From NCBI GenBank assembly GCA_001029735.1, contig CP011213.1, positions 332,288 to 396,287 of the forward strand: 64,000 bases of DNA, written 5' to 3'. Within the stretch, counting starts at the first letter, position 1. Every line of letters starts with the position of its first letter. The notes beneath the pieces are model-generated. The model worked only from the letters and a program-made list of their open reading frames with translations, was not told where the DNA came from and did no database searches. Below, piece by piece: positions 8,746 to 18,065 of the stretch. This stretch comes from Berkelbacteria bacterium GW2011_GWE1_39_12 (lineage in GTDB: Bacteria; Patescibacteriota; UBA1384; UBA12157). The translations under genes were made by a program, and so were the position numbers.

Positions 8746-9906
8746 ATGAAGATAACATTACCAAAATTAAAATTTAAGATTTCTGAAACTGTGAAAGACG
8801 CTCTATCGATCACTTTACTGTTCCTCGCGTGGCGAGGCGCTCTTTTTTTAGTCGCCTACTTTGGCTATTTTGATATTGCTCCGGCAAATGGAAACTATTT
8901 AATCAAAGAGATCCATCCGGCAATTTCGATGTGGTTGGTTTATGATTATGGCTGGTTTAAAGATATTGTAGCCAAAAGTTATGACTTCAGCCGCCATTCT
9001 ATGGCTTTCTTTCCCTTATGGCCGGCCACGATTTGGTTATTCAGCAAAATATTTTATTTTGTTAATACCCATATAATAGCATTTGTTCTAGCTAACTTAA
9101 TTACTTTGGCAGACTGCTGGATTTTCTACAAATTAGTCCAATTAGACTACGACAAAGATACGGCTTACCGCTCGGTTAAATATTTTCTTTTCTTCCCAAT
9201 GAGCTTGTTTTTAGCCAGTGCTTACTCTGAACCATTATTTTTACTCGGCGTGCTTTCATCTTTTTACTTTATTCGAAAACAGCAATATCTCTTAAGCGGG
9301 TTCGGCGGAATAATTGCATCGGCTTCCAGATTAGTTGGCAGCATCATGCTTTTACCTTTAGTTATTGAAGTCATCAAGCAGAAAATTACAAAAGAAAATT
9401 GGTGGAAAACCCTCGGGATTTTAATCGCCCCGCTTGGTTTGTTAGGGTATATGTATTTTCTAAAAACAAATTATGGCGATTGCCTTGGCTTTCTGCACGC
9501 CTATCAAAACTCTGACTGGAACAGAGGGTACGGATACAACGCTTTCAATCTCTTTTGGAATGATATTAAAATTATATTTTCCTTTCACGGATTTGGGCCA
9601 TCCAAGGATTATGTCGACGCCATGATGACTACAGGTTCAGTTTTAGTGATGCTAACCGTTTTACTCTCTAATATTAAAAAAATCAGACTTTCCTATTTTG
9701 TCTATGCGATCTTGATAATGCTAGTTCCCCTCTTTTCCAACTCTTTAGACAGCTTAAACAGATATGTTTTGCCAATTTTTCCGTTTTTCATGGTTCTAGG
9801 TATTCTTGGTAGAAGAAAATGGGTCGACAGTTTAATCACCGTTACCTTCTTGGTTCTTTTAGGACTCTTTACTGTTATGTTTATCAATCGCTGGTGGGTT
9901 GGCTAA
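8746..9906 (+). CDS. polytopic membrane protein, putative GT-C-fold glycosyltransferase (DUF2029/PMT-like)
   Basis: 386 aa, ~10 TM, aromatic-rich loops; function inferred only from architecture and locus context. Confidence 0.35.
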   Translation: MKITLPKLKFKISETVKDALSITLLFLAWRGALFLVAYFGYFDIAPANGNYLIKEIHPAISMWLVYDYGWFKDIVAKSYDFSRHSMAFFPLWPATIWLFSKIFYFVNTHIIAFVLANLITLADCWIFYKLVQLDYDKDTAYRSVKYFLFFPMSLFLASAYSEPLFLLGVLSSFYFIRKQQYLLSGFGGIIASASRLVGSIMLLPLVIEVIKQKITKENWWKTLGILIAPLGLLGYMYFLKTNYGDCLGFLHAYQNSDWNRGYGYNAFNLFWNDIKIIFSFHGFGPSKDYVDAMMTTGSVLVMLTVLLSNIKKIRLSYFVYAILIMLVPLFSNSLDSLNRYVLPIFPFFMVLGILGRRKWVDSLITVTFLVLLGLFTVMFINRWWVG

Positions 9907-9956
9907 AAACCTTTATTTAATACGCAAAATTTGATAGAATAAGGTTAGAAAAATTT

Positions 9957-10083
9957 GGAGAGGGTCGCATAATAACATTGCTGATGCAAGAACGTTGTGT
10001 AACCTTCCTCGTTACATTCGGAAGGGTCGCATAAGCGAGCTTGTCCGACCATGGTATCGTAAAGTTTTGACAAACAATTTGTG
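9957..10083 (+). repeat. two ~63-bp units, each beginning with a copy of the tRNA-Ser 5' end (ggagagggtcgcata / ggaagggtcgcata)
   Basis: units start at 9957 and 10020; the tRNA starts at 10084 with ggaagggtcgcata. Confidence 0.75.
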
Positions 10084-10172
10084 GAAGGGTCGCATAGTGG
10101 CTTAGTGCGCTGGTCTTGAAAACCGGTAGGCCTGCAAGGGTCTCGTGAGTTCGAATCTCACCCCTTCCGCCA
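10084..10172 (+). tRNA. tRNA-Ser (anticodon TGA), long variable arm, CCA encoded
   Basis: GGAAGGG...ctggt-ctTGAaa-accgg...long variable arm...GTGAGTTCGAATCTCAC-CCCTTCC-G-CCA. Confidence 0.85.
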
Positions 10173-10211
10173 ATCCAAAGGAGAGAAATTAATAACTGGT
10201 GTACTTATATC

Positions 10212-10445
10212 TTGCAATGTTCAGACGGCACCTATTATACTGGGATAACAAACGATATAGAAAAGCGATTACTAGCTCATAATTCCGGTAAAGGTGCAAA
10301 GTATACATCCGGTAGAATTCCAGTAAAATTAGTTTATCGCAAAGAAAATCTGACCGAAAATCAAGCAAGAAAAAAAGAATTTACTCTGAAGACTCTTAGC
10401 CGAAAAGAGAAAGAGAAAATTATACACGGAGAGGTCGCACATTAA
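10212..10445 (+). CDS. GIY-YIG nuclease family protein (small URI-domain protein)
   Basis: [40 protein letters not shown]; no ATG, TTG start at 10212 or an unannotated upstream start; the 3' end HGEVAH* is encoded by a copy of the tRNA-Ser 5' sequence. Confidence 0.65.
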   Translation: MQCSDGTYYTGITNDIEKRLLAHNSGKGAKYTSGRIPVKLVYRKENLTENQARKKEFTLKTLSRKEKEKIIHGEVAH

Positions 10446-10542
10446 CCATATTTGACCCATGACTATACAAACAATTCACGGAGAGGTCGCATAACAACCT
10501 GCTGACGCAGAACGTTGTGCAACATCTCCTTCGTTTCACTAC
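10428..10542 (+). repeat. two units beginning ggagaggtcgca(c/t) upstream of tRNA-Ser(GCT); the first lies within the 3' end of the GIY-YIG ORF
   Basis: starts at 10428 and 10480; the tRNA begins at 10543 with the same 13-mer. Confidence 0.75.
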
Positions 10543-10630
10543 GGAGAGGTCGCATAGTGGCCTAGTGCGCCTCACTGCTAACGAGGTTACCCGCAAGGGT
10601 TCGAGGGTTCGAATCCCTCCCTCTCCGCCA
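10543..10630 (+). tRNA. tRNA-Ser (anticodon GCT), long variable arm, CCA encoded
   Basis: GGAGAGG...anticodon loop ctGCTaa...GGTTCGAATCCC...CCTCTCC-G-CCA; followed by a terminator hairpin at 10636-10660. Confidence 0.85.
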
Positions 10631-10729
10631 AACAAAAACATCCAATTCATTGGATTTTTTTGTTTGTTATTGACTCACCCCAAAAAATAGTCTAAAATAC
10701 AACCATCTTGGAAGACGGGAGAATCAACA

Positions 10730-11329
10730 ATGGTCTATTTTATTAGCGTATTAATTCTCCGCGTGATGGCATTCATGTTTTGGAAAATCGATTGGCTTAA
10801 TACTTCATCTATCCCGAAAACTGGGGCCGTGTTCTTCGTGAGCAAGCACAGCAGCTGGAAGGACATAATTATCATCGGCTTGGTCAGCAAGAGACCTGTA
10901 CACTTCGTCGCTAAGGTAGAGCTATGGCAGATCAACCGTTTTATATCCTGGTGGCTAAATGCAGTCGGAGCCATTCCGATAGACCGAGAACACCCTGACC
11001 CGTCGACCTTTAAGCGGGTCCGAAAACTGCTGAAAGACGGTGAAGTTGTCGCCATCTTCCCAGAAGGAACCCGAAATGATGAGAGGAAGATCACTCATTT
11101 CTTCGAGGGAGTCGGAGTCATGTCGGCCAAGATCGACATGGTTAAGTTGGTGCCTATAGTTCCTGATCATAAAGAATCCATCAAACGTTTTGGATTTGTT
11201 CCAGCTTTTCATTCCGTTGTGACGGTCGGCTGTGCCACAATCGCTGACAACCTCAAATCGAAAGATATAAACGACGCGATCGAAAGGAATCTAAAGGAAC
11301 TCGCGGCTATCGCTTTCAATCTCGCATAA
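10730..11329 (+). CDS. 1-acyl-sn-glycerol-3-phosphate acyltransferase family (PlsC-like)
   Basis: H(X4)D-type motif KHSSWKD and FPEGTRN motif; higher GC than flanking DNA. Confidence 0.65.
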   Translation: MVYFISVLILRVMAFMFWKIDWLNTSSIPKTGAVFFVSKHSSWKDIIIIGLVSKRPVHFVAKVELWQINRFISWWLNAVGAIPIDREHPDPSTFKRVRKLLKDGEVVAIFPEGTRNDERKITHFFEGVGVMSAKIDMVKLVPIVPDHKESIKRFGFVPAFHSVVTVGCATIADNLKSKDINDAIERNLKELAAIAFNLA

Positions 11330-11472
11330 CCCATCATCCGATGGGTTTTTTATTTGGGCAAAAGCATTGAACTCATGTAATTTTTATGGTACAGTTTACG
11401 CATAAAAAAAGAGACCACTATAAGACCTCTTTTCATCGCATTTTTTACAATTCAGGCAGAAAGGAACCGGTT

Positions 11473-12732
11473 ATGAAAACACTACCATTCAGCGAGGCGG
11501 AGATTCGAAGAGCCGTAAGTCAATTCCCGACACCGTTTCACCTGTACAACGCAGAGGCAATCCGACAAAACGCTCGACGCCTTATGAAGGCATTTGAGTG
11601 GGCCGGAGGATTTACGAACTTCTTCGCCGTCAAGGCCTGCCCTAATCCTTATGTCTTAGAGATACTAATGGAAGAGGGCTTCGGCGCCGACTGTAGTTCC
11701 GCATCAGAACTTGTTTTGGCTGAAATGGTCGGAATCACCGGCGAGATGATTATGTACACGAGCAACGATACATCAGCCAGAGAACTTGTAACGGCAGTCC
11801 GCGAAGGTGTAATCGTCAACCTTGACGACATCACTTTCATACCTTTTCTCGAAAAACATGCGGGTATTCCAGAATTACTTTGTCTTCGTTATAATCCGGG
11901 ACCACTCCGCGAAGGCAACGCTCTCATCGGCAAGCCTGAAGAGGCCAAATACGGCTTCACAGGGAAACAACTCCTCGAAGGCTATAAGATTTTACGTGAT
12001 AAAGGCGTAAAGAGATTTGGCCTTCACACCATGGTTGCAAGTAATGGGTTAGATCCACAATACTTTATTGCAACCGCCGAGATGCTTTTCAGTCTCGTGG
12101 CCGAAATCAGCGAAGAACTAGGCATTTGTTTCGAATTCGTCAACCTCGGCGGCGGCATTGGCATTCCTTATATGCCCGACCAAAACCCAGTTGATTTGGA
12201 AATCGTTTCAGCCGGCATCAAAGACCTTTACAAAGATATCATCATAGGTAATGGTCTTGATCCACTTAAGATCTATATGGAGAACGGACGTATGATTGTC
12301 GGCCCGTTTGGCTGTCTGGTCACAACTGCGATTCACCCGATGACGAAATACAGGGATTACGTTGGGGTGGATGCTTGTATAAACGCACTGATGAGGTATG
12401 CACTTTACGGTTCTTATCACCATATCACGGTCGTCGGCAAAGAGAACGACCCGCTCACCAAGACATACTGTGTAACCGGCTCGCTATGCGAGAACAATGA
12501 TTATTTCGCAACCGACCGGCTACTTCCAGAAATCGTCGAGGGAGACATCTTGGTGATTCACGATACTGGTGCACATGGTCATGCCATGGGTTCAAACTAC
12601 AATGGTAAACCTCGCCCGGCCGAAATCCTAATGGATCCAGACGGATCATTTAGACAAATCAGACGAGAGGAAACGACCGCAGATCTGTTCAAAACGCTTG
12701 ATTTTTCAAAACTCAGAACGAAGAGCAGATAA
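11473..12732 (+). CDS. lysA: PLP-dependent Orn/DAP/Arg decarboxylase family, probable diaminopimelate decarboxylase
   Basis: FAVKACPNPYVLEIL (PLP-Lys motif), GGGIGIPY, C-terminal beta-barrel region; ATG at 11473 chosen (track ORF begins 11386). Confidence 0.7.
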   Translation: MKTLPFSEAEIRRAVSQFPTPFHLYNAEAIRQNARRLMKAFEWAGGFTNFFAVKACPNPYVLEILMEEGFGADCSSASELVLAEMVGITGEMIMYTSNDTSARELVTAVREGVIVNLDDITFIPFLEKHAGIPELLCLRYNPGPLREGNALIGKPEEAKYGFTGKQLLEGYKILRDKGVKRFGLHTMVASNGLDPQYFIATAEMLFSLVAEISEELGICFEFVNLGGGIGIPYMPDQNPVDLEIVSAGIKDLYKDIIIGNGLDPLKIYMENGRMIVGPFGCLVTTAIHPMTKYRDYVGVDACINALMRYALYGSYHHITVVGKENDPLTKTYCVTGSLCENNDYFATDRLLPEIVEGDILVIHDTGAHGHAMGSNYNGKPRPAEILMDPDGSFRQIRREETTADLFKTLDFSKLRTKSR

Positions 12733-12746
12733 GGGAGGATACGTAA

Positions 12747-13979
12747 GTGGCACTGAAAAACAGCTATTACGAAAGGCTAGCAGGTGGATATCTTTTTCCA
12801 GAAATTGCCCGGCGGACCAAAGAGTTTCAGGTCTTCCATCCTGAAGTGAAGATTATGCGTCTGGGGATCGGCAATACGACAGAACCGCTGCCTCAGATTG
12901 TCGCAAGCGCCATGGCTCTTGAAGCAGTCAGGTTAATGAATGTCGAGACCTACTCTGGCTATGGCGACGAACAGGGTAACAGTAAGTTGCGTCAGGCTCT
13001 TTCTGAGCGCTATAAAAAGTGTTTCGGCGTGAGACTTGACGCTGACGAGTTCTTCATTAGCGACGGTTCCAAATGCGATTGCGCCAACATCAGCTCGATC
13101 TTTTCACACGAAAGCATCATCGCTGTTGAAAGCCCGGCCTATCCGGTCTACGTCGATAGTAATGTCACCTCGGGCAAAACCGGTCAATTCAACAAAGGGA
13201 AAATGCAGTACGAGGGTGTGTATTATATGCCCTGCACCGAGATGAATGACTTCTTCCCAGAAGTCCCAAGTGGCCATGTCGATCTGATTTACCTCTGTCG
13301 GCCTAACAACCCGACAGGGGCAGTAGCAATGGCCTCTGACCTTCAGCCATTCGTCGATTATGCTCTCGAGCACAAAGCTGTCATCATCTATGATGTCGCC
13401 TACGTCGACTACCAGAAGGAAAGAGGCCTAGTCGAAAGTATTTACCAAATCCCGGGCGCCGAAAAATGCGCCATCGAGATTGGATCTTTCAGCAAATGGG
13501 CTGGCTTCACCGGCGTGCGATTGGGCTGGAGCATTGTGCCGAAGGAACTGGTCGTCGAAGATACGGTGCCAGGCGAACTCCACAGGATGTGGAGCAGACG
13601 CTACACTACCGTGTTCAACGGCGCGAGCAACATCGCCCAAGCTGGCGGACTGGCTGTTCTTTCGGAACTTGGCCAGCAATCCTGCCAGGAAGTAATCAAT
13701 TACTACATGTCAAACGCACGTCTAATCAAGAATGGGCTCTATGACATGGGATTGACTGTGTACGGTGGCACAAATGCACCATACATCTGGCTCAAAGTGC
13801 CGGACGGTATGTCCTCATGGAATTTCTTTGACAAGCTACTGAACGAAACCAACGTGGTTTGCACACCGGGCGTCGGCTTTGGCCCTGATGGCGAAGGTTT
13901 CTGTCGACTCTCGGCCTTCGGCCACCAAGAAAACATCACTGAGGCAATCGAGAGCATCAGGATGAACCTACGAATCTAG
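12747..13979 (+). CDS. dapL: LL-diaminopimelate aminotransferase
   Basis: N-terminal ...LAGGYLFPEIARR... hallmark of DapL, aminotransferase class I length/fold; terminator hairpin at 13986-14010. Confidence 0.75.
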   Translation: MALKNSYYERLAGGYLFPEIARRTKEFQVFHPEVKIMRLGIGNTTEPLPQIVASAMALEAVRLMNVETYSGYGDEQGNSKLRQALSERYKKCFGVRLDADEFFISDGSKCDCANISSIFSHESIIAVESPAYPVYVDSNVTSGKTGQFNKGKMQYEGVYYMPCTEMNDFFPEVPSGHVDLIYLCRPNNPTGAVAMASDLQPFVDYALEHKAVIIYDVAYVDYQKERGLVESIYQIPGAEKCAIEIGSFSKWAGFTGVRLGWSIVPKELVVEDTVPGELHRMWSRRYTTVFNGASNIAQAGGLAVLSELGQQSCQEVINYYMSNARLIKNGLYDMGLTVYGGTNAPYIWLKVPDGMSSWNFFDKLLNETNVVCTPGVGFGPDGEGFCRLSAFGHQENITEAIESIRMNLRI

Positions 13980-14079
13980 TCTGACAAGCCCCTTTCGAGG
14001 GGCTTTTTAAATACAAAACATTAAATAAGGGTTGACTTATTTGCCATTCTCCGAATTTTACCCGTATAGTTAAACCATC

Positions 14080-14763
14080 ATGAAATTGGCAATTCTAATC
14101 CCCGCTTTTAACGAGGAACCCACAATTACAAAAGTCATCAAGGCGATACCCAAGAAAATCGTCGGTATTTCTGAAAAAGAAATTTTTATCATCGATGATG
14201 GCTCTGAGGACCGGACAGGAATTATAGCAAGAAACGCCGGGGCTATGGTTTTGACTCATTTGGTAAATCAAGGTGTTGGCGCTGCCACCATCACCGGACT
14301 AGAAGCGGCTAAACTTTATGACGCTGATATCGCCATCACTATCGATGCTGACGGACAGCATGATCCTAAAGAAATTGAAAAAATCGTTAATTTGATTGTA
14401 AAAAAGAAGTACGACGTAGTAATCGGTTCCCGACTTTTACAACGCAAAGAGATGCCCAAGTTTAAAGCTTTTGGTAATTTCTTGATGAACTGGGTTACTT
14501 ATGCCATATATGGCCTATGGGTCAAAGATTCGCAATCAGGATTTAAGGGCTTTTCCAAGAAAGCTGTTCGAGAATTAAACCTAACATGCCGGGGATATGA
14601 AATTTGCTCCGAAATTATCGGCGAAATCAACCGAAACAATCTAAAATTTGTTGAAATGCCAATCAAGACAATTTATACCGAATACTCTAAAAAACGTGGT
14701 CAATATCCTTTAAACGCAGTTAATATCGTATTAAAACTAATCATTAAACTAATCCTTAAATAA
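14080..14763 (+). CDS. GT2 polyprenyl-phosphate sugar transferase (Dpm1/GtrB-like)
   Basis: MKLAILIPAFNEE...IDDGSEDRT...DADGQHDP motifs. Confidence 0.75.
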   Translation: MKLAILIPAFNEEPTITKVIKAIPKKIVGISEKEIFIIDDGSEDRTGIIARNAGAMVLTHLVNQGVGAATITGLEAAKLYDADIAITIDADGQHDPKEIEKIVNLIVKKKYDVVIGSRLLQRKEMPKFKAFGNFLMNWVTYAIYGLWVKDSQSGFKGFSKKAVRELNLTCRGYEICSEIIGEINRNNLKFVEMPIKTIYTEYSKKRGQYPLNAVNIVLKLIIKLILK

Positions 14764-14764
14764 T

Positions 14765-15118
14765 ATGCTATTAGTAAAAATTTTATCCTTATTTTTCGGT
14801 GTAATCGTCATTGCCAAAACAATGACAGATTTTAAAAAGAAAGAAGAAAACTGGCAGGTCTTTCTATTTTGGATAATTGTTTGGCTCGGTGTAATTTTTG
14901 TCGCTTTTAATCCGGCTATCATCAATGAGATGGTTTTAAAACTAAGCAATAGAAGTATTACCGTCGGTCAAATCGTTGGGATCGGTTTTGTTTTTATGCT
15001 TTATATATTGTATCGTGTTTATGTGAAAGCTCACCGACAAGAGAAGCAATTTAGTCGATTGATTCGAAAAATTGCTTTGATGGATTTAAAAAGCAGTAAA
15101 ATTGTCAATAAAAAATAA
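14765..15118 (+). CDS. small membrane protein (DUF2304-like partner of GtrB-type GT2)
   Basis: 117 aa, 3-4 TM, immediately follows the GT2 with a 1-nt gap. Confidence 0.4.
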   Translation: MLLVKILSLFFGVIVIAKTMTDFKKKEENWQVFLFWIIVWLGVIFVAFNPAIINEMVLKLSNRSITVGQIVGIGFVFMLYILYRVYVKAHRQEKQFSRLIRKIALMDLKSSKIVNKK

Positions 15119-15161
15119 TTATGTTACTTTGGGTCTACTAGTCTAAAACAGGTTAAAACAC

Positions 15162-16160
15162 ATGCTAAACAACAAAACAATTTTGATCACTGGGGGAACC
15201 GGATCGTTTGGAAAAAAATTTACCGAAAGAATTTTGAAGAGCTATAGGCCAAAAAAAATCATTATCTATTCAAGAGACGAGTTCAAGCAATATATGATGC
15301 GAAAAGAATTCGCCAAGCATGATTCAAAATTGCGCTTTTTTATTGGTGACGTTCGTGACAGGGAAAGATTGCATCGCGCTTTCGATGGTGTCGACGTAGT
15401 TATTCACGCAGCCGCCTTAAAGCACGTACCGATTTGCGAATATGACCCAATGGAAGCGATTAAAACCAATGTTGATGGCGCTAAAAATGTTATTGATGCA
15501 GCCATCGATAAAGGCGTCAAAAAAATTGTCGCTCTTTCAACAGACAAGGCTGTACACCCGATCAATCTGTATGGCGCCACAAAATTTGTTTCCGATAAAC
15601 TTTTTATTTCCGCTAATGCTTATGCCGGCAGTAAAAATACCAGATTTTCCGTTGTCCGCTATGGTAATGTCTCCGGCTCCAGAGGTTCAGTTATCCCCTT
15701 CTTTAAAACCTTGCTTGATAAAGGCGAAAAAATTCTACCTGTCACCGATGTAAGAATGACTCGCTTTTGGATTACTTTAGATCAAGGAGTTGATTTAGTT
15801 TTTAGAGCCATCAAGGAAGCGAAAGGTGGCGAAACTTATATTTCCAAAATCCCTTCTTATAAGATTGTAGATCTAGCTAAAGCCATGAACCCAACCGGTA
15901 AATTTAAAGAGGTCGGCATCCGTGAAGGTGAAAAACTCCATGAGGTAATGATCACACCGGAAGATTCAATGTTTACTTTTGATTATGGCGATCACTTCAT
16001 TATTTATCCGAACCTTGAGTGGTGGGATAGCAAAAAGAACGCCAAGAAAGGCGGCAAGAAAGTTAAAGAGGGTTTTAATTATTCTTCTGACGATAATGAT
16101 AAATGGCTCGATGAAAAGAAAATCGTTTCAGGACTCAAAAAAATCGATATTGTGCACTAA
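15162..16160 (+). CDS. pseB: UDP-GlcNAc 4,6-dehydratase (inverting), PseB/FlaA1/CapE family
   Basis: TILITGGTGSFGKKF...FFIGDVRDRERL...; 332 aa. Confidence 0.8.
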   Translation: MLNNKTILITGGTGSFGKKFTERILKSYRPKKIIIYSRDEFKQYMMRKEFAKHDSKLRFFIGDVRDRERLHRAFDGVDVVIHAAALKHVPICEYDPMEAIKTNVDGAKNVIDAAIDKGVKKIVALSTDKAVHPINLYGATKFVSDKLFISANAYAGSKNTRFSVVRYGNVSGSRGSVIPFFKTLLDKGEKILPVTDVRMTRFWITLDQGVDLVFRAIKEAKGGETYISKIPSYKIVDLAKAMNPTGKFKEVGIREGEKLHEVMITPEDSMFTFDYGDHFIIYPNLEWWDSKKNAKKGGKKVKEGFNYSSDDNDKWLDEKKIVSGLKKIDIVH

Positions 16161-16225
16161 TTCGACAATTAGTTGTGCACTAATTAAAAAGCAGCCACTT
16201 TCATGGCTGCATTAAGCTTCCCCTG

Positions 16226-16957
16226 CTATTGATTGAGATTCTTTCTCAAAAAGGATATTTCTGCTGACAGATCATCGACTGTTTTGTATTCACCTTCCAA
16301 GATTAATGAAACGCTCTTTCTTGCAAGAACTGTTTCCAAAAAACCAAGGATGGCATCTGAGTTAGACGATCTATGAAGGAGACAGTGGTTACTCTCTTGA
16401 GACTCGCCACTTACATGCAGATGCGATAAACGGTCTTCCAGGCCTTCGTACAAATCATTGGCATATTTCATCGACGGATCTTGCTCATATGCGTGCTGGA
16501 CATCGAGCACGAACTTAAGATCAACCGAATGAGCCACCTGGACAATGTCTTCGACGCGGATGCCACTATCTCTGCTTTTGTCCATATTCTCGATAGCTAA
16601 ATCTACCTGCAAAGGCCTTAACCCGTGCTGAAGCATTTCGTAAACCGCAATTGGGTAATCAGCGCCAACTTTTTCTAGATGCGCGACTGCTACATTTGGC
16701 TTCTGATGATCAATTACGTGCTGGATATGGCTAATATCAGGAACTCTATCTGTAATTGGCGGAAGGTGGATTGAACGAAAACCAACTGTTTCTGAACCAA
16801 ACTTACTCCTTGTCAAAGCAGTTGTTCTCTTGTCAGCCCAACCATCCAAACATATCTCAAAGATATTAGCACCTGATGCTTTTATAAATCGTTCTTGTTG
16901 TCCAGTATCGAAGACACCAACAGCAAAAAGCCAGCCGGTCGATGGCCCAATTTTCAT
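16226..16957 (-). CDS. sugar phosphate isomerase/epimerase-like TIM-barrel protein (xylose isomerase-like fold)
   Basis: ATG at 16955-16957 (MKIGPSTGW) with AGGAGGG SD; weak family resemblance only; higher GC. Confidence 0.4.
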   Translation of the reverse strand: MKIGPSTGWLFAVGVFDTGQQERFIKASGANIFEICLDGWADKRTTALTRSKFGSETVGFRSIHLPPITDRVPDISHIQHVIDHQKPNVAVAHLEKVGADYPIAVYEMLQHGLRPLQVDLAIENMDKSRDSGIRVEDIVQVAHSVDLKFVLDVQHAYEQDPSMKYANDLYEGLEDRLSHLHVSGESQESNHCLLHRSSNSDAILGFLETVLARKSVSLILEGEYKTVDDLSAEISFLRKNLNQ

Positions 16958-17038
16958 TTGTATTCCCTCCTGACAATATGATAACACAGATCTTTCAATT
17001 AAAAAAGGCGAAGAAATAACTTCTCCGCCTAACAAGAT

Positions 17039-17935
17039 CTACAATTTACTAATTGCAATGATGATGCCACCGATGATGGCGATAGAGAAAACCAACTTTT
17101 CAGATTTATCCAGACCTTTCACCTCTTTGAAGAAGTATAGCCCGATCAGTGTGGGCAAAATCATCTCGCCAATAAGGAAATAAGGCTGGACGACATTTTG
17201 CGGTGCCATAGAATAAGCTTTGTAGGTCAAGGCTAAGGAAACAAATACGCATGAACTTAAAGCTAACATCCACGCAATATCTTTTGTCTTTAGCGCGACT
17301 GTGATTGCTTTTTTGTCTACCCGTAGCAGGATGATAAAGGCAGCCACAAGCGCCCCAAGATACCAAGGAGCCAAAAATGCTCCAATAGACACATTCTTGA
17401 CGCCCAAATATCTCATAGCGAAAGTTGCCAAGCCCCAAATTATACTGTAAAAACCGACATACAGATAGAACTTGAATGGCACCGCCTTCGCATCAGGATT
17501 GCTATGAATTCTCTGTTGATAGGAATGGATGGCAAAGAAGACCACGGCTCCGAGACTTAAAATGATTCCCGTGTAGACTCCCGCATTAAGCTCTCTCCCT
17601 TCATGGAGAATCAGAAGGCTCAGAGCCATGGCAATGATATCGTCCCAAAAAGTGAAAAGCGATGTGCGGCTCAAGGAGATATCTATTGCTTTCCATTGGG
17701 CAAAGGCAGCGAAACCATTAAAAAGCCCGATAACAAAAATAATGATTGCTGTATGACTTATTGACACATGATGAGTTGCTATAGCGACAATTAAAGCAAA
17801 AATAGTGCAAAAGAAAAACTGTAGTAAAAAGCGTCGGGTCCTTGATGGTAATCCGACGTTTTGTTTCAGAATAACTGGAAATAGCCCATTGCCAACCAAA
17901 ACTCTACCTAATACAGGTAATAACCAAAGCGGCAT
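17039..17935 (-). CDS. DMT/EamA-like 10-TM membrane transporter
   Basis: 298 aa, ~10 TM helices, two-repeat architecture. Confidence 0.4.
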   Translation of the reverse strand: MPLWLLPVLGRVLVGNGLFPVILKQNVGLPSRTRRFLLQFFFCTIFALIVAIATHHVSISHTAIIIFVIGLFNGFAAFAQWKAIDISLSRTSLFTFWDDIIAMALSLLILHEGRELNAGVYTGIILSLGAVVFFAIHSYQQRIHSNPDAKAVPFKFYLYVGFYSIIWGLATFAMRYLGVKNVSIGAFLAPWYLGALVAAFIILLRVDKKAITVALKTKDIAWMLALSSCVFVSLALTYKAYSMAPQNVVQPYFLIGEMILPTLIGLYFFKEVKGLDKSEKLVFSIAIIGGIIIAISKL

Positions 17936-18065
17936 TTTCCTCCTCCTTTTACCTTATTAATGTACCATAGCTAAAAACCCTCGACAAATTACTATACAGG
18001 TTTAATCTTTAAAGATCAATTATTTTCTTGCATATCTGATCTATATCAGTTATATTTTTAGCATA

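Noticed and set aside
10420-10650. 76-aa minus-strand ORF overlapping tRNA-Ser(GCT)
   Set aside because: It is antisense to a well-formed tRNA and to the repeat units. A highly structured tRNA reverse-complement commonly yields an open frame by chance.
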